Part shown: positions 1-8,770 of the stretch, one piece after another
How positions within the stretch are numbered: the stretch's first letter is position 1
Layout of the letters: the number at the start of each line of letters is the position of its first letter
Program-made: the position numbers and the translations under genes
Source: Clostridia bacterium
GTDB lineage: Bacteria; Bacillota; Clostridia; Oscillospirales; CAG-272
DNA: 64,000 bases
Direction of reading: 5' to 3'
Assembly: GCA_017461765.1 (NCBI GenBank)
Contig: JAFTXO010000027.1
Location: forward strand, 9,659-73,658
Notes under the pieces: generated by a model
Database searches by the model: none
The model's input: only the letters and a program-made list of their open reading frames with translations
What the model was told of the DNA's origin: nothing

Positions 1-1
1 C

Positions 2-1336
2 TTTGCTCCCGACAGTAAAATAAGAATGCTTGCCGAGCTTAAGGATCAAGCAGAAATAATAATTGCCATAAACGCCGCCGATATCACCAAAAATAAGGTA
101 AGGGGCGATCTTGGCATTACATATGATCTTGATGTATTGAGGCTTATCGACGCATTTCGCGGCTTTGGGCTTTACGTAAGCGGCGTTGTGCTTACAAGAT
201 ACGAGGCGTCCTCTGTGGTTGAGGCATTCAAGAGAAAGCTTGAGGCGCTTGAAATAAAGGTATATAAGCACTACGAGATAGAAAATTACCCTTATGATAT
301 CGATAAGATAGTTAGCGACGAGGGCTACGGTAAAAATGAATACGTTGAGACCACACGTTCCCTGGTGGTTGTTACTGCTCCCGGTCCGGGAAGCGGAAAG
401 ATCGCGACCTGCCTTTCACAGATATATCACGACTTCAAGCGCGGAATAAAATCGGGATACGCCAAGTTCGAAACCTTCCCAATATGGAATATTCCCTTGA
501 AGCACCCTGTAAATGTCGCGTACGAGGCTGCAACAGCAGATCTTAACGATATGAATATGATAGACCCCTTCCATCTTGAAGCATACGGCGAAACGACCGT
601 AAACTATAACAGAGATATCGAAATATTCCCCGTTGTGCGCTCTATGTTTGAGGGTATTTTGGGAGAATGTCCTTATAAATCTCCGACCGATATGGGCGTA
701 AATATGGCGGGAAATTGCATATTTGACGACGAAGCTGTAAGATTTGGCGCTAAAAAAGAGATAATAAGAAGATATTATGACGCTCTTTGCAATCAAAGAA
801 AGGGAAACTCATGTAAGGATGAGATAGACAAGATTCAGCTTCTTATGAAGCAGAGCGGAATAGATATAAAGGAAAGAAAGTGCATAGAAAGCGCACTTAA
901 CAAGGCTCAGGATACGGGCGCTCCTGCAGTTGCGATAGAGCTTTGCGACGGAACTATAATAACAGGAAAAACATCTGCGCTTCTCGGCGCATCGAGCGCG
1001 GCACTCATAAATGCCGTGAAAGCGATAGCAAATATCGATGACGGTATCGATATAATAGCTCCCGAGGTATTAGAGCCTGTACAAAAGCTCAAGATCGAAA
1101 ATCTCGGAAACCATAACCCCAGACTTCATACTGACGAGGTGCTTATCGCGCTCGCAATAACCGCCGCAACACGTGATGATGCAAAGCGTGCAATGGAAGC
1201 GCTGAAGGAGCTTAAGGGCGCTGAGCTTCACTCATCCGTAATACTTTCGCCCGTTGACGTTGCAACCTTCAAAAAGCTTGGAATTAACGTAACGTGCGAG
1301 CCTGTTTATCAAACAAAAAAGCTTTTTCACGGTTAA
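2..1336 (+). CDS. DUF1846 (UPF0371) family protein, N-terminus lies outside the window
   Basis: The frame is open from position 2 (FAPDSKIRMLAELKD...). Sequence ...GITYDLDVLRLIDAF...VVVTAPGPGSGK...ETFPIWNIPLKHPVN... matches my memory of the roughly 500-aa DUF1846 family. Confidence 0.8.
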   Translation, partial: FAPDSKIRMLAELKDQAEIIIAINAADITKNKVRGDLGITYDLDVLRLIDAFRGFGLYVSGVVLTRYEASSVVEAFKRKLEALEIKVYKHYEIENYPYDIDKIVSDEGYGKNEYVETTRSLVVVTAPGPGSGKIATCLSQIYHDFKRGIKSGYAKFETFPIWNIPLKHPVNVAYEAATADLNDMNMIDPFHLEAYGETTVNYNRDIEIFPVVRSMFEGILGECPYKSPTDMGVNMAGNCIFDDEAVRFGAKKEIIRRYYDALCNQRKGNSCKDEIDKIQLLMKQSGIDIKERKCIESALNKAQDTGAPAVAIELCDGTIITGKTSALLGASSAALINAVKAIANIDDGIDIIAPEVLEPVQKLKIENLGNHNPRLHTDEVLIALAITAATRDDAKRAMEALKELKGAELHSSVILSPVDVATFKKLGINVTCEPVYQTKKLFHG

Positions 1337-1475
1337 AAACGTTGTTGAAAAAAAGATCCCGATAGATAGGGTGATGTCCTTAGCGGAGAATTTGAAAAAC
1401 ACCATCAAGTGCGAGCATCGCATTTGACTAGTCAAATGTATTTGGGCTAAGCCCAAACCCATATTACAAGCAGAA

Positions 1476-1527
1476 AGAGCAAGAGTAAAAGGATAAACTT
1501 CCTTCTATTCTTGCTCTGTTCGTTTTT
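1476..1527 (+). terminator. Rho-independent terminator-like hairpin inside the DUF1846/recG gap
   Basis: AGAGCAAGA (1476-1484) pairs with TCTTGCTCT (1509-1517). An inner AAGGA/TCCTT stem is present, followed by GTTCGTTTTT. Confidence 0.5.
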
Positions 1528-1691
1528 ATGAATGAATTGATGCTTACGCATCATGAATTGGCTTCGCCATGATTTCTCGCTTCGCTCCATGAATTGAATT
1601 GCAACCAATGTGCCGTAAGGCACAATTCATGCCGCAGGCAATTCATGAAAGCACCGCTTTCAATTCACGCAGCCGTGAGGTTGCAATTCAT
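1528..1691. repeat. Compound palindromic element E1 (word CATGAATTG / CAATTCATG, 4+4 copies with GC mini-hairpin spacers)
   Basis: Left-arm words start at 1528, 1552, 1568 and 1587. Right-arm reverse-complement words start at 1623, 1639, 1661 and 1684. Spacers are ATGC-TTAC-GCAT, GC-TTC-GC (x2), the apex GTGCC-GTAA-GGCAC, GCC-GCA-GGC and GCAGCC-GTGA-GGTTGC. Confidence 0.75.
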
Positions 1692-1748
1692 AGCGTGTTC
1701 TCCGTTAAGGATAACACGCAATTTAGTCGGGATCTTTGTATTTTTTGA

Positions 1749-3902
1749 TTACGATATCGTTTGGGCATTTAAATTGCAAAGCTCCGAGACCTTTTTTCGC
1801 AATAGCTCATGCTCAGGCTTTGAGAGGGAGCGATCGTCTTTTAGTATTTCTCTTGCACATTCAAAGGCGTTGTGCAAAAGAATATTGTCGTTACAGGATT
1901 TCGCAATATTGAACCCGAGCTCACCCGATTGCCTTATCGAGTCGCTCGATGAGAAAAAGTCACCGGGACCTCTCATTTGAAGATCCTTTTCGGCAATAGT
2001 GTAGCCGTCGTAGGTCGTGTGCATTATCTGTAAGCGCTCCATTGATTTAGGACTTCTTGCATCCGAAACGAGAACACAAAACGACTGATCCTTACCTCTG
2101 CCGACACGTCCTCTTAGCTGATGTAGCTGCGAAAGACCGAAGCGCTCTGCATTTTCAACTATCATAAGCGTAGCATTCGGTACGTTTACACCGACCTCGA
2201 TAACAGTGGTCGAAACGAGAATGTCGATCTCGCCGTTTGCAAAGTGCATCATTATTTCGTCCTTTTCCTTGCATTTCATCTTTCCGTGTAAGAACTCAAC
2301 GGTAAGGTCGGGAAAGATATTTTCTTTAAGCTCCTTGGCGTAGTCAACAGCGGCTTTAAGCGGGGGAGTGTCGTCCTTTATATCAATTATGAACGGATTA
2401 TAGTCGGGAGTGTCAAGATCGTTTTCCTTCTTTTCCTCAACACTCGGACAAACTATATATACTTGATTTTTGTTTTCAACCTGCTTTCTTATAAAGGCGT
2501 TAAGACGCGATCTGTATGATGAATCGACACTGTATGTGTTGACCTTTTTTCGACCGGGTGGCATAGTGTCGATAAGAGATATATCAAGATCTCCATAGAT
2601 CATAAGCGAAAGTGTACGAGGGATCGGTGTCGCACTCATAACGAGCACGTGCGCGCTTGCGCTTTTCTCGGCAAGCTTCGCCCTCTGCATAACTCCGAAG
2701 CGGTGCTGCTCATCTGTTATTACAAGACCGAGATTTTTGAATTCCACACCCGTCTGTATAAGAGCGTGTGTACCTATTACAAAATCGGTATCTCCGCTTT
2801 TCAGGCGGGAGAGTATCTGATTTTTTTCTTTTTTCGGCGTAGATCCCGTTAGAAGCTCGCACTTGAGACCGAGTGAATTAAACATAGGAAAAAGAGAATC
2901 ATAATGCTGAAAAGCAAGTATCTCCGTAGGTACCATAAGCGCACACTGGTATCCGTTTTTGCACGCAATATAAGCGGCAACGGCGGCACATACGGTTTTT
3001 CCGCTTCCTACATCGCCGACAATTATTCTGTTCATAGGCCTTGTGAACATGGAAAAATCTGCGTCGGAAACGGCGTTTGTCGAACACATATCGCCACATA
3101 TATCGGATATTACCTTCTTTTGAGCATCGGTCAACTCATACGGAAGCATATCAACAAGAGGAGAAGCATCACCGTCATTCATTCGCGGCGCAAGCTTTGA
3201 GCTTGATACGGTTTTCATCTGTGAAAGCGAAAGCGCGAAAATAAAAAGCTCGTCAAAGGTAAGACGCTTTATGGCAGCGTGTAATGCTTCGTCACTTTCG
3301 GGAAAGTGTATGTTTTCAAGAGCAAAGGGAAGAGCACATAAATGATATTTGTATCGGATATCTGAGGGGATGTATTCTTTAATAAGAGTGGATATGCAAG
3401 GACGTATCTGAGAAACGAGCTTTGATATATATTTCTGAGTTACTCCTTGAAAAAGAGGATATATAGAAACAAAAGGCGGAAGCTCCTCCTCGCGTACACA
3501 AGGCTCGTAAGACGGTGAATTCAGCGACAGGGTGCGCTTTTCCTTTACGATCCTGCCCCAAAATCTGAATGTTGCGCCCGTTCTGAATACATCCTTTAAA
3601 TAGTTTTGATTGAAATAAGTAACGGTAATGCTTCCGCTATCGTCAAAGGCGCGAAATTTTAAAATATTCATACCTCTGCGTATCATAGCCACCTTCGGCT
3701 CGGAAGCGACCGTCAAAACGTAAGAGTGAGGCATATTATCAAACACAGGGGTGTCTATTTTATATACATCCTTGCGGTTTTGGTAGGCTCTCGGAAAATA
3801 ATAGAGCAGATCGTTTACCGTAAATATTCCGTTTTTATTAAAATATTGCTCGTACTTAGGGCCTACTCCGTATAGCTCGCCTATCGGTGTATCAAGTGTC
3901 AT
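1749..3902 (-). CDS. recG: ATP-dependent DNA helicase RecG
   Basis: 717 aa. The N-terminal wedge region (MTLDTPIGELYGVGPKY...), Walker A GDVGSGKT, DEQHRFG and the QLHQLRGRVGRG motif are typical of RecG. Confidence 0.93.
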   Translation of the reverse strand: MTLDTPIGELYGVGPKYEQYFNKNGIFTVNDLLYYFPRAYQNRKDVYKIDTPVFDNMPHSYVLTVASEPKVAMIRRGMNILKFRAFDDSGSITVTYFNQNYLKDVFRTGATFRFWGRIVKEKRTLSLNSPSYEPCVREEELPPFVSIYPLFQGVTQKYISKLVSQIRPCISTLIKEYIPSDIRYKYHLCALPFALENIHFPESDEALHAAIKRLTFDELFIFALSLSQMKTVSSSKLAPRMNDGDASPLVDMLPYELTDAQKKVISDICGDMCSTNAVSDADFSMFTRPMNRIIVGDVGSGKTVCAAVAAYIACKNGYQCALMVPTEILAFQHYDSLFPMFNSLGLKCELLTGSTPKKEKNQILSRLKSGDTDFVIGTHALIQTGVEFKNLGLVITDEQHRFGVMQRAKLAEKSASAHVLVMSATPIPRTLSLMIYGDLDISLIDTMPPGRKKVNTYSVDSSYRSRLNAFIRKQVENKNQVYIVCPSVEEKKENDLDTPDYNPFIIDIKDDTPPLKAAVDYAKELKENIFPDLTVEFLHGKMKCKEKDEIMMHFANGEIDILVSTTVIEVGVNVPNATLMIVENAERFGLSQLHQLRGRVGRGKDQSFCVLVSDARSPKSMERLQIMHTTYDGYTIAEKDLQMRGPGDFFSSSDSIRQSGELGFNIAKSCNDNILLHNAFECAREILKDDRSLSKPEHELLRKKVSELCNLNAQTIS

Positions 3903-3972
3903 TTAAAAGCCTCCTTTTTTTTAAAATTTTGTAGCCGAAAAGTATGAATTATCCACACTTAGTGGCATTTTT

Positions 3973-4008
3973 AAAATAAAAGCGTGGAAGAACCACGCTT
4001 TTTGATTT
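3973..4008 (-). terminator. Hairpin terminator downstream of the glucokinase gene (bidirectional shape)
   Basis: AGCGTGG (3981-3987) pairs with CCACGCT (3993-3999). It is flanked by A-rich sequence on the left and a T-run on the right. Confidence 0.6.
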
Positions 4009-4011
4009 TTA

Positions 4012-4971
4012 TTATCTGCCAAGAGCAGCAGCGCCGACGATGCCCGCGTCATTTCCAAGCTCGGCAATCTTTATCTCGGTCTGCTTGTCGCCTCTTGTAT
4101 ATGTTTCCTTAAAGATTTTTTCTTTAAGCGGAATCAAGAGGTAATCCTTTTCGTTGCACACACCGCCGCCTATTGAAAGAACATTAGGCTGGAAGATGTT
4201 TATAATAGTAGCAATACCGGAAGCAAGATAATCGATATATTCGTCAACGATTTCAGCACCAACCTTGTCGCCCTGCTTCATAGCCGCAAATGCAACTCGT
4301 GCGTTTACGTTCTCAAGCTTGCCGTCGATCATATCCTCAATAAGAGAATGAACGCCTGCCTCTCTTGCCTTGATAAGATGCTCCTTAGTCATATTAACAA
4401 GACCTGTAGCTGAGGAATATGTTTCCCAACAGCCCTTTCTTCCGCAAGAGCATTGCTTGCCGTCCTTTTGAATAACAACGTGACCAAGCTCAGCGCCTGC
4501 ATGGTTAAAGCCCGAATAAACGTTTCCGTCGATAACGATACCGCCGCCAAGACCTGTGCCGAGAGTGATCATAACAGAGAATTTAGCGCCCTTAGCTGCG
4601 CCTGCAACGGATTCAGCTTTGGCCGCCGCGTTAGCGTCGTTTTCTATGTAAACCTTTTCAATTCCGAGATATTCCTTCAAAAGATCTGCGATCGGGAAAT
4701 CACGGAAGGGAAGGTTGTTTGCGTATTCAACGATACCCGTTTCCGAGTTTGCAGTACCGGGTGAAGCGATGCCTGCGTAGGCTATATCGTCAAGGGTAAT
4801 ACCCATGTCGGAAATAAGCTTCTTGCAAAGATTAGCCATATCCTGAATTATGAGCTTTCCATCGCGATTTGCGAGGGTGGGAACACTGCCCTTCATAACG
4901 ATCTTGTGGTTTTCGTCAACTATACCTGCGGCGATATTGGTACCGCCGAGGTCAATACCTAAATAATACAT
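4012..4971 (-). CDS. glcK: ROK family glucokinase
   Basis: MYYLGIDLGGTNIAAG..., the ROK signature and the CxCGxxGCWE zinc motif (CSCGRKGCWETY) are present. Start chosen at M13 of the track ORF because AAGGAGAA lies 6 nt upstream. Confidence 0.9.
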   Translation of the reverse strand: MYYLGIDLGGTNIAAGIVDENHKIVMKGSVPTLANRDGKLIIQDMANLCKKLISDMGITLDDIAYAGIASPGTANSETGIVEYANNLPFRDFPIADLLKEYLGIEKVYIENDANAAAKAESVAGAAKGAKFSVMITLGTGLGGGIVIDGNVYSGFNHAGAELGHVVIQKDGKQCSCGRKGCWETYSSATGLVNMTKEHLIKAREAGVHSLIEDMIDGKLENVNARVAFAAMKQGDKVGAEIVDEYIDYLASGIATIINIFQPNVLSIGGGVCNEKDYLLIPLKEKIFKETYTRGDKQTEIKIAELGNDAGIVGAAALGR

Positions 4972-5447
4972 ATTAAGTTCTCCTTGGGAAATATTGCGTT
5001 TATACAATTTGATTATAAATTAAAATTCCCTCAAAGTCAATAAAGAAAGAGAATTTTGTAGAAAATATTTTTCGAAATTTCAAAACCATGTCAAACGAAC
5101 CAACTCGAAGCTTGATATTTACGGCGCTTTCAGGCTCACCGACTTTGCAATTCGGTATCAAAAATCATTATGTGTGAAAAGTTTGGAGAAATGGTGAACG
5201 CGTCAAAAAAAGCGTGTGAAATTTGTGCAATTTCAACAAATTGATAACATCAACAAAATATCATAAAGGAAGAAAGCTTTATCATTAAAAAAGTGCCTAA
5301 ATTAAAGGACTTTTAGCAGAAAAAAATATAAATAATTCGAAAAATGAAATTTAGAAAAATTTACATTTAAGACATATTTACAAATTTTTCGAACTTAAAA
5401 AATCTCAAAAAAGCATTTTTAAGAGTTTTATTATATAAAGAACTTCC

Positions 5448-5476
5448 TTGACTTTGACGGTTTTGTGTGTTAAAAT
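5448..5476 (+). promoter_or_regulatory. Sigma-A type promoter of the 5565-17892 operon
   Basis: TTGACT (5448-5453), 17-nt spacer, TAAAAT (5471-5476). The roughly 80-nt leader contains two hairpins (CACGTGC-GTAA-GCGCGTG and TTCCGCT...AGCGGAA) before the RBS GGAGGA. Confidence 0.55.
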
Positions 5477-5564
5477 TAGTTATGCACATTAAGACACGTG
5501 CGTAAGCGCGTGCTTGCATTTCCGCTATCGCTAAGCGGAATATAAAAAACATGGAGGATTTCTT

Positions 5565-8500
5565 ATGAGAACAAAAGCGAAAAAACTTCTGGCTATGCTT
5601 CTTTGCCTACTTATGTTGGTGGGCGTTTTAGCTATGCCGGCGGCTGCCGCTACGTCGGGTACGAAAGGCTCGTCGTCCTCGCTTACGGATATCAGCGAAT
5701 TGCTTAATGCTGATTCGTACAGTGAGTACAGCGAGAAGCTCGACAAGAACAAGGTGGCAACAGGAAAGGATAATATCGTTATCGATGTAGTAAAGAATGT
5801 GTACTACAACGAAGAGGATATTGTCAACAACACAACCGTTGATTTCGAGGTCAAGAAGGGCGTAGAGACCGACGAAAACGGAAATGTCAAGGAATACACT
5901 TACATAGTAATCCCCTCTCCGTCGGGAAGTGAGAATAAAATCACTTGGAAATTCAACGTTGAGACAGAGGGTCGTTACGTAATCGAGATCGAGTACCGTC
6001 AGGCAGAAGGCGGCAAAACAAACTCTATCGAGAGAATATTCTCTTTGAACGGAGAAGTTCCCTTCTCGGAAGCTCGTTCTGTCGTTTTGTCTAAGGTTTG
6101 GAAGTACGATTATCTCAAAGACAGTAACGGAAAATACGTTATGAAAGACGGCCATTATATGTTTGATACCGATGCAAACGGAAATGATATCCGTCCTTCT
6201 GTAAGTCAGGACGCTCAGTGGGTATCTTACGTTATATCCGACGCCAACGGATACTACACCGCACCCTTTGAGTTCCACTTCAAGCAGGGAGAGAACACTA
6301 TCTCTCTTGACAGTACAAGAGAAGGTGTTGAAATAAGATCGATAAAGATCTATCCCCGTCAAGAAGATATGACATATGACGAGTATATCAAGCAACACGG
6401 AGATATTGCTTCAAACAGAGGCTCTGCCGAGATAAAGATCGAGGCTGAAGCTCCTACCAATGTTTCGAATGTAACCATGTATCCTCTCTACGACAGAACT
6501 TCTGCTATCACGAGCGGTCTTACGGGCGCTCAGTCTGCGCAGGTTCAGAAGTATAATATCATGGGCGGAACGCAGTGGCAGACAGTCGGTGAATGGGCTA
6601 CATATACGATAACCGTTCCCGAGGGCGGAGAAGGCTATTACGGTATAGCCTTGCGCTATAAGCAGGATCTTCTTAACGGTATGTACGTATCCCGTAAGGT
6701 ATACATAGACGGCGTTATGCCTTATGCTGAGGCATCTGCGTGCAAGTTCAACTATGATACCGCTTGGAACATTCAATATCTCACATCGGCTGACGGTACA
6801 GAGCTTCAGTTCTATCTCACAGAGGGAACACACGAAATAAAGCTCGAGGCAGTTCTCGGAGACATGGGTCCTCAGATCCAACAGGTAAAGGAATCGCTTA
6901 CTAACATCAACAACTGTTACCTTGAGATACTTAAGCTTACAGGAAGTAACCCCGACTCTAACCGTTCCTACGGCTTTGCAAGAGTAATGCCTGAGGTTCT
7001 TGAAACATTCATTCTTGAATCTCAGAACATAAAAGAGGTTTATGAATATTTGACCGATGTAACAGGTCTTAAGGGCGAAAAGGCATCAACGCTTGAGCAG
7101 CTTTACCTACTTCTTTATAAAATGGGTATGGACGAGTCTCAGATCGCAGGAAACCTTGAAACTCTTAAATCACAGATAGGTACACTCGGTACTTGGATAA
7201 ATGATGCATCAACATCTCCTTTGGAGGTTGATTACATTTTAGTACAAAGCACTAATGAGGAATTACCGGATGGCGACGCTAATTTCTGGGAAGCGCTTTG
7301 GTACGAGATCAAGCTTTTCTTCTACAGCTTTGTAACTGACTACAGCGGTATGACAAGCTCAAATGAGGCTGCCGCAATTACAGTTGGCGATCCTATAGAA
7401 GTTTGGGTTGCGACAGGTCGTGATCAAGCACAAATCATAAGAAATCTTATAGATAGCCAATTTTCAACGATCAAGCAGGTGGATACCGATGGCGACGGTG
7501 TTCTGGATGCGGGATATAAAGCGAACCTGAAGCTGATTTCAACAGGAACGCTGCTGCCGTCAGTTCTGGCGGATGCGGGCCCTGACGTATCGTTAATGGA
7601 ATCAAGCGGAAATACCATTGACTTCGCTTTGCGTAATGCAGTAACTCCTCTTAATGAGTTTATCGATGAGGATCTTGAAAACGGTATAGACGTTCTTTCT
7701 TGGTATCCCGAGGAGGCAACTATTCCGTTAAGACTTCATGACTGTAGCCAGAATGCAGAGAACGAGATCACCTATTACGGTCTTCCCGATTCACTTACAT
7801 TCTCAATGCTTTTCTACCGTAAGGACATTCTTGCTCAGCTCGGATACGATAATCCCGACGAGCAGCTCAAGACATGGGATGACTTGCTTGCAATGATACC
7901 GATACTTCAATATAATAATATGGAAGTAGGTATTCAGAATGATATTTATATGTTCATATATCAAAGCGGAAGCGAAGCGTACTCGAACGGCGGTATGACG
8001 ATCAACTTTGACGATCCGATAGTTCTTAACGCATTCACTACACTTTGTAATATGTATACACAGTATTCGCTCTCATACCAATATGACTTTGCAAACCGTT
8101 TCAGAACGGGTGAAATGCCTATCGGTATCTCAGCTTATACATCATGTAACCAGCTTTCAGTATTCGCATCGGAGCTTTCGGGACTTTGGACATTTAAGCC
8201 GCTTCCCGGATACCTTGAATACGATGAAAACGGAAACCAGATATTTGATGAAAACGGCAATCCTTCGATAAATAACTCCGCTATCGTTACTGTAACATCT
8301 ACTATAATGTTAAGAGCGTCTGATTCACTTTCCAACGCAGAGGTTGAGGAAAGAAACGAAAAGGCATGGGAGTTTATGAAGTGGTATACGGGTGCTGACT
8401 TCCAAGAAGCATACGCAAATGAAATGGTATCGATACTCGGCTTGGCAGCAAGACCTGCTACGGCAAATATCGAAGCGCTTGCAGAGCTTCCTTGGACAAA

Positions 8501-8744
8501 CGAAGAATATCAGGCTATAAGCGCACAATTTGAAAATCTCGAGGCAGTTCCGAACTATCCCGGAAGCTATTACCTCGCAAGATACGTAAACTTCGCATTC
8601 CTCGCAGCTTATAATGAAGGTGCAGATCCTGCGGACTCGCTCCTCAGCTACGTAACTACGATCAATAAGGAGCTTACGAGAAGAAGAATAGAATTCGGCA
8701 TGGACTACATAGATTCCGACGGAATTTACCGTGTCATAGACTAA
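5565..8744 (+). CDS. Giant secreted protein: two CBM-like beta-sandwich modules, a helical linker and a family-1 extracellular solute-binding-like C-terminal half
   Basis: 1059 aa. Type-I signal peptide (…VLAMPAAAATSG) with no lipobox Cys. Modules around GRYVIEIEYRQAEGG and GYYGIALRYKQDL resemble CBM6/35-type folds. The C-terminal roughly 450 aa resembles sugar-binding SBPs. Confidence 0.7.
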   Translation: MRTKAKKLLAMLLCLLMLVGVLAMPAAAATSGTKGSSSSLTDISELLNADSYSEYSEKLDKNKVATGKDNIVIDVVKNVYYNEEDIVNNTTVDFEVKKGVETDENGNVKEYTYIVIPSPSGSENKITWKFNVETEGRYVIEIEYRQAEGGKTNSIERIFSLNGEVPFSEARSVVLSKVWKYDYLKDSNGKYVMKDGHYMFDTDANGNDIRPSVSQDAQWVSYVISDANGYYTAPFEFHFKQGENTISLDSTREGVEIRSIKIYPRQEDMTYDEYIKQHGDIASNRGSAEIKIEAEAPTNVSNVTMYPLYDRTSAITSGLTGAQSAQVQKYNIMGGTQWQTVGEWATYTITVPEGGEGYYGIALRYKQDLLNGMYVSRKVYIDGVMPYAEASACKFNYDTAWNIQYLTSADGTELQFYLTEGTHEIKLEAVLGDMGPQIQQVKESLTNINNCYLEILKLTGSNPDSNRSYGFARVMPEVLETFILESQNIKEVYEYLTDVTGLKGEKASTLEQLYLLLYKMGMDESQIAGNLETLKSQIGTLGTWINDASTSPLEVDYILVQSTNEELPDGDANFWEALWYEIKLFFYSFVTDYSGMTSSNEAAAITVGDPIEVWVATGRDQAQIIRNLIDSQFSTIKQVDTDGDGVLDAGYKANLKLISTGTLLPSVLADAGPDVSLMESSGNTIDFALRNAVTPLNEFIDEDLENGIDVLSWYPEEATIPLRLHDCSQNAENEITYYGLPDSLTFSMLFYRKDILAQLGYDNPDEQLKTWDDLLAMIPILQYNNMEVGIQNDIYMFIYQSGSEAYSNGGMTINFDDPIVLNAFTTLCNMYTQYSLSYQYDFANRFRTGEMPIGISAYTSCNQLSVFASELSGLWTFKPLPGYLEYDENGNQIFDENGNPSINNSAIVTVTSTIMLRASDSLSNAEVEERNEKAWEFMKWYTGADFQEAYANEMVSILGLAARPATANIEALAELPWTNEEYQAISAQFENLEAVPNYPGSYYLARYVNFAFLAAYNEGADPADSLLSYVTTINKELTRRRIEFGMDYIDSDGIYRVID

Positions 8745-8770
8745 TGGAAATACTGTAAAGGAGAGAGAGA

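Noticed and set aside
1528-1691. Short words repeated at regular spacing (also at 36021-36215 and 36916-37078) could be mistaken for a mini-CRISPR array or tandem repeat.
   Set aside because: The repeats are only 7-9 nt and the spacers are themselves conserved-type GC hairpins of 7-17 nt. The second half is the reverse complement of the first, and there are no cas genes. They are reported instead as compound palindromes.
5185-5215. Candidate catabolite-responsive element around GGTGAACGCGTCAAAA upstream of the transport operon.
   Set aside because: It does not fit TGWNANCGNTNWCA at several invariant positions. It is only a short CG-centred partial palindrome.
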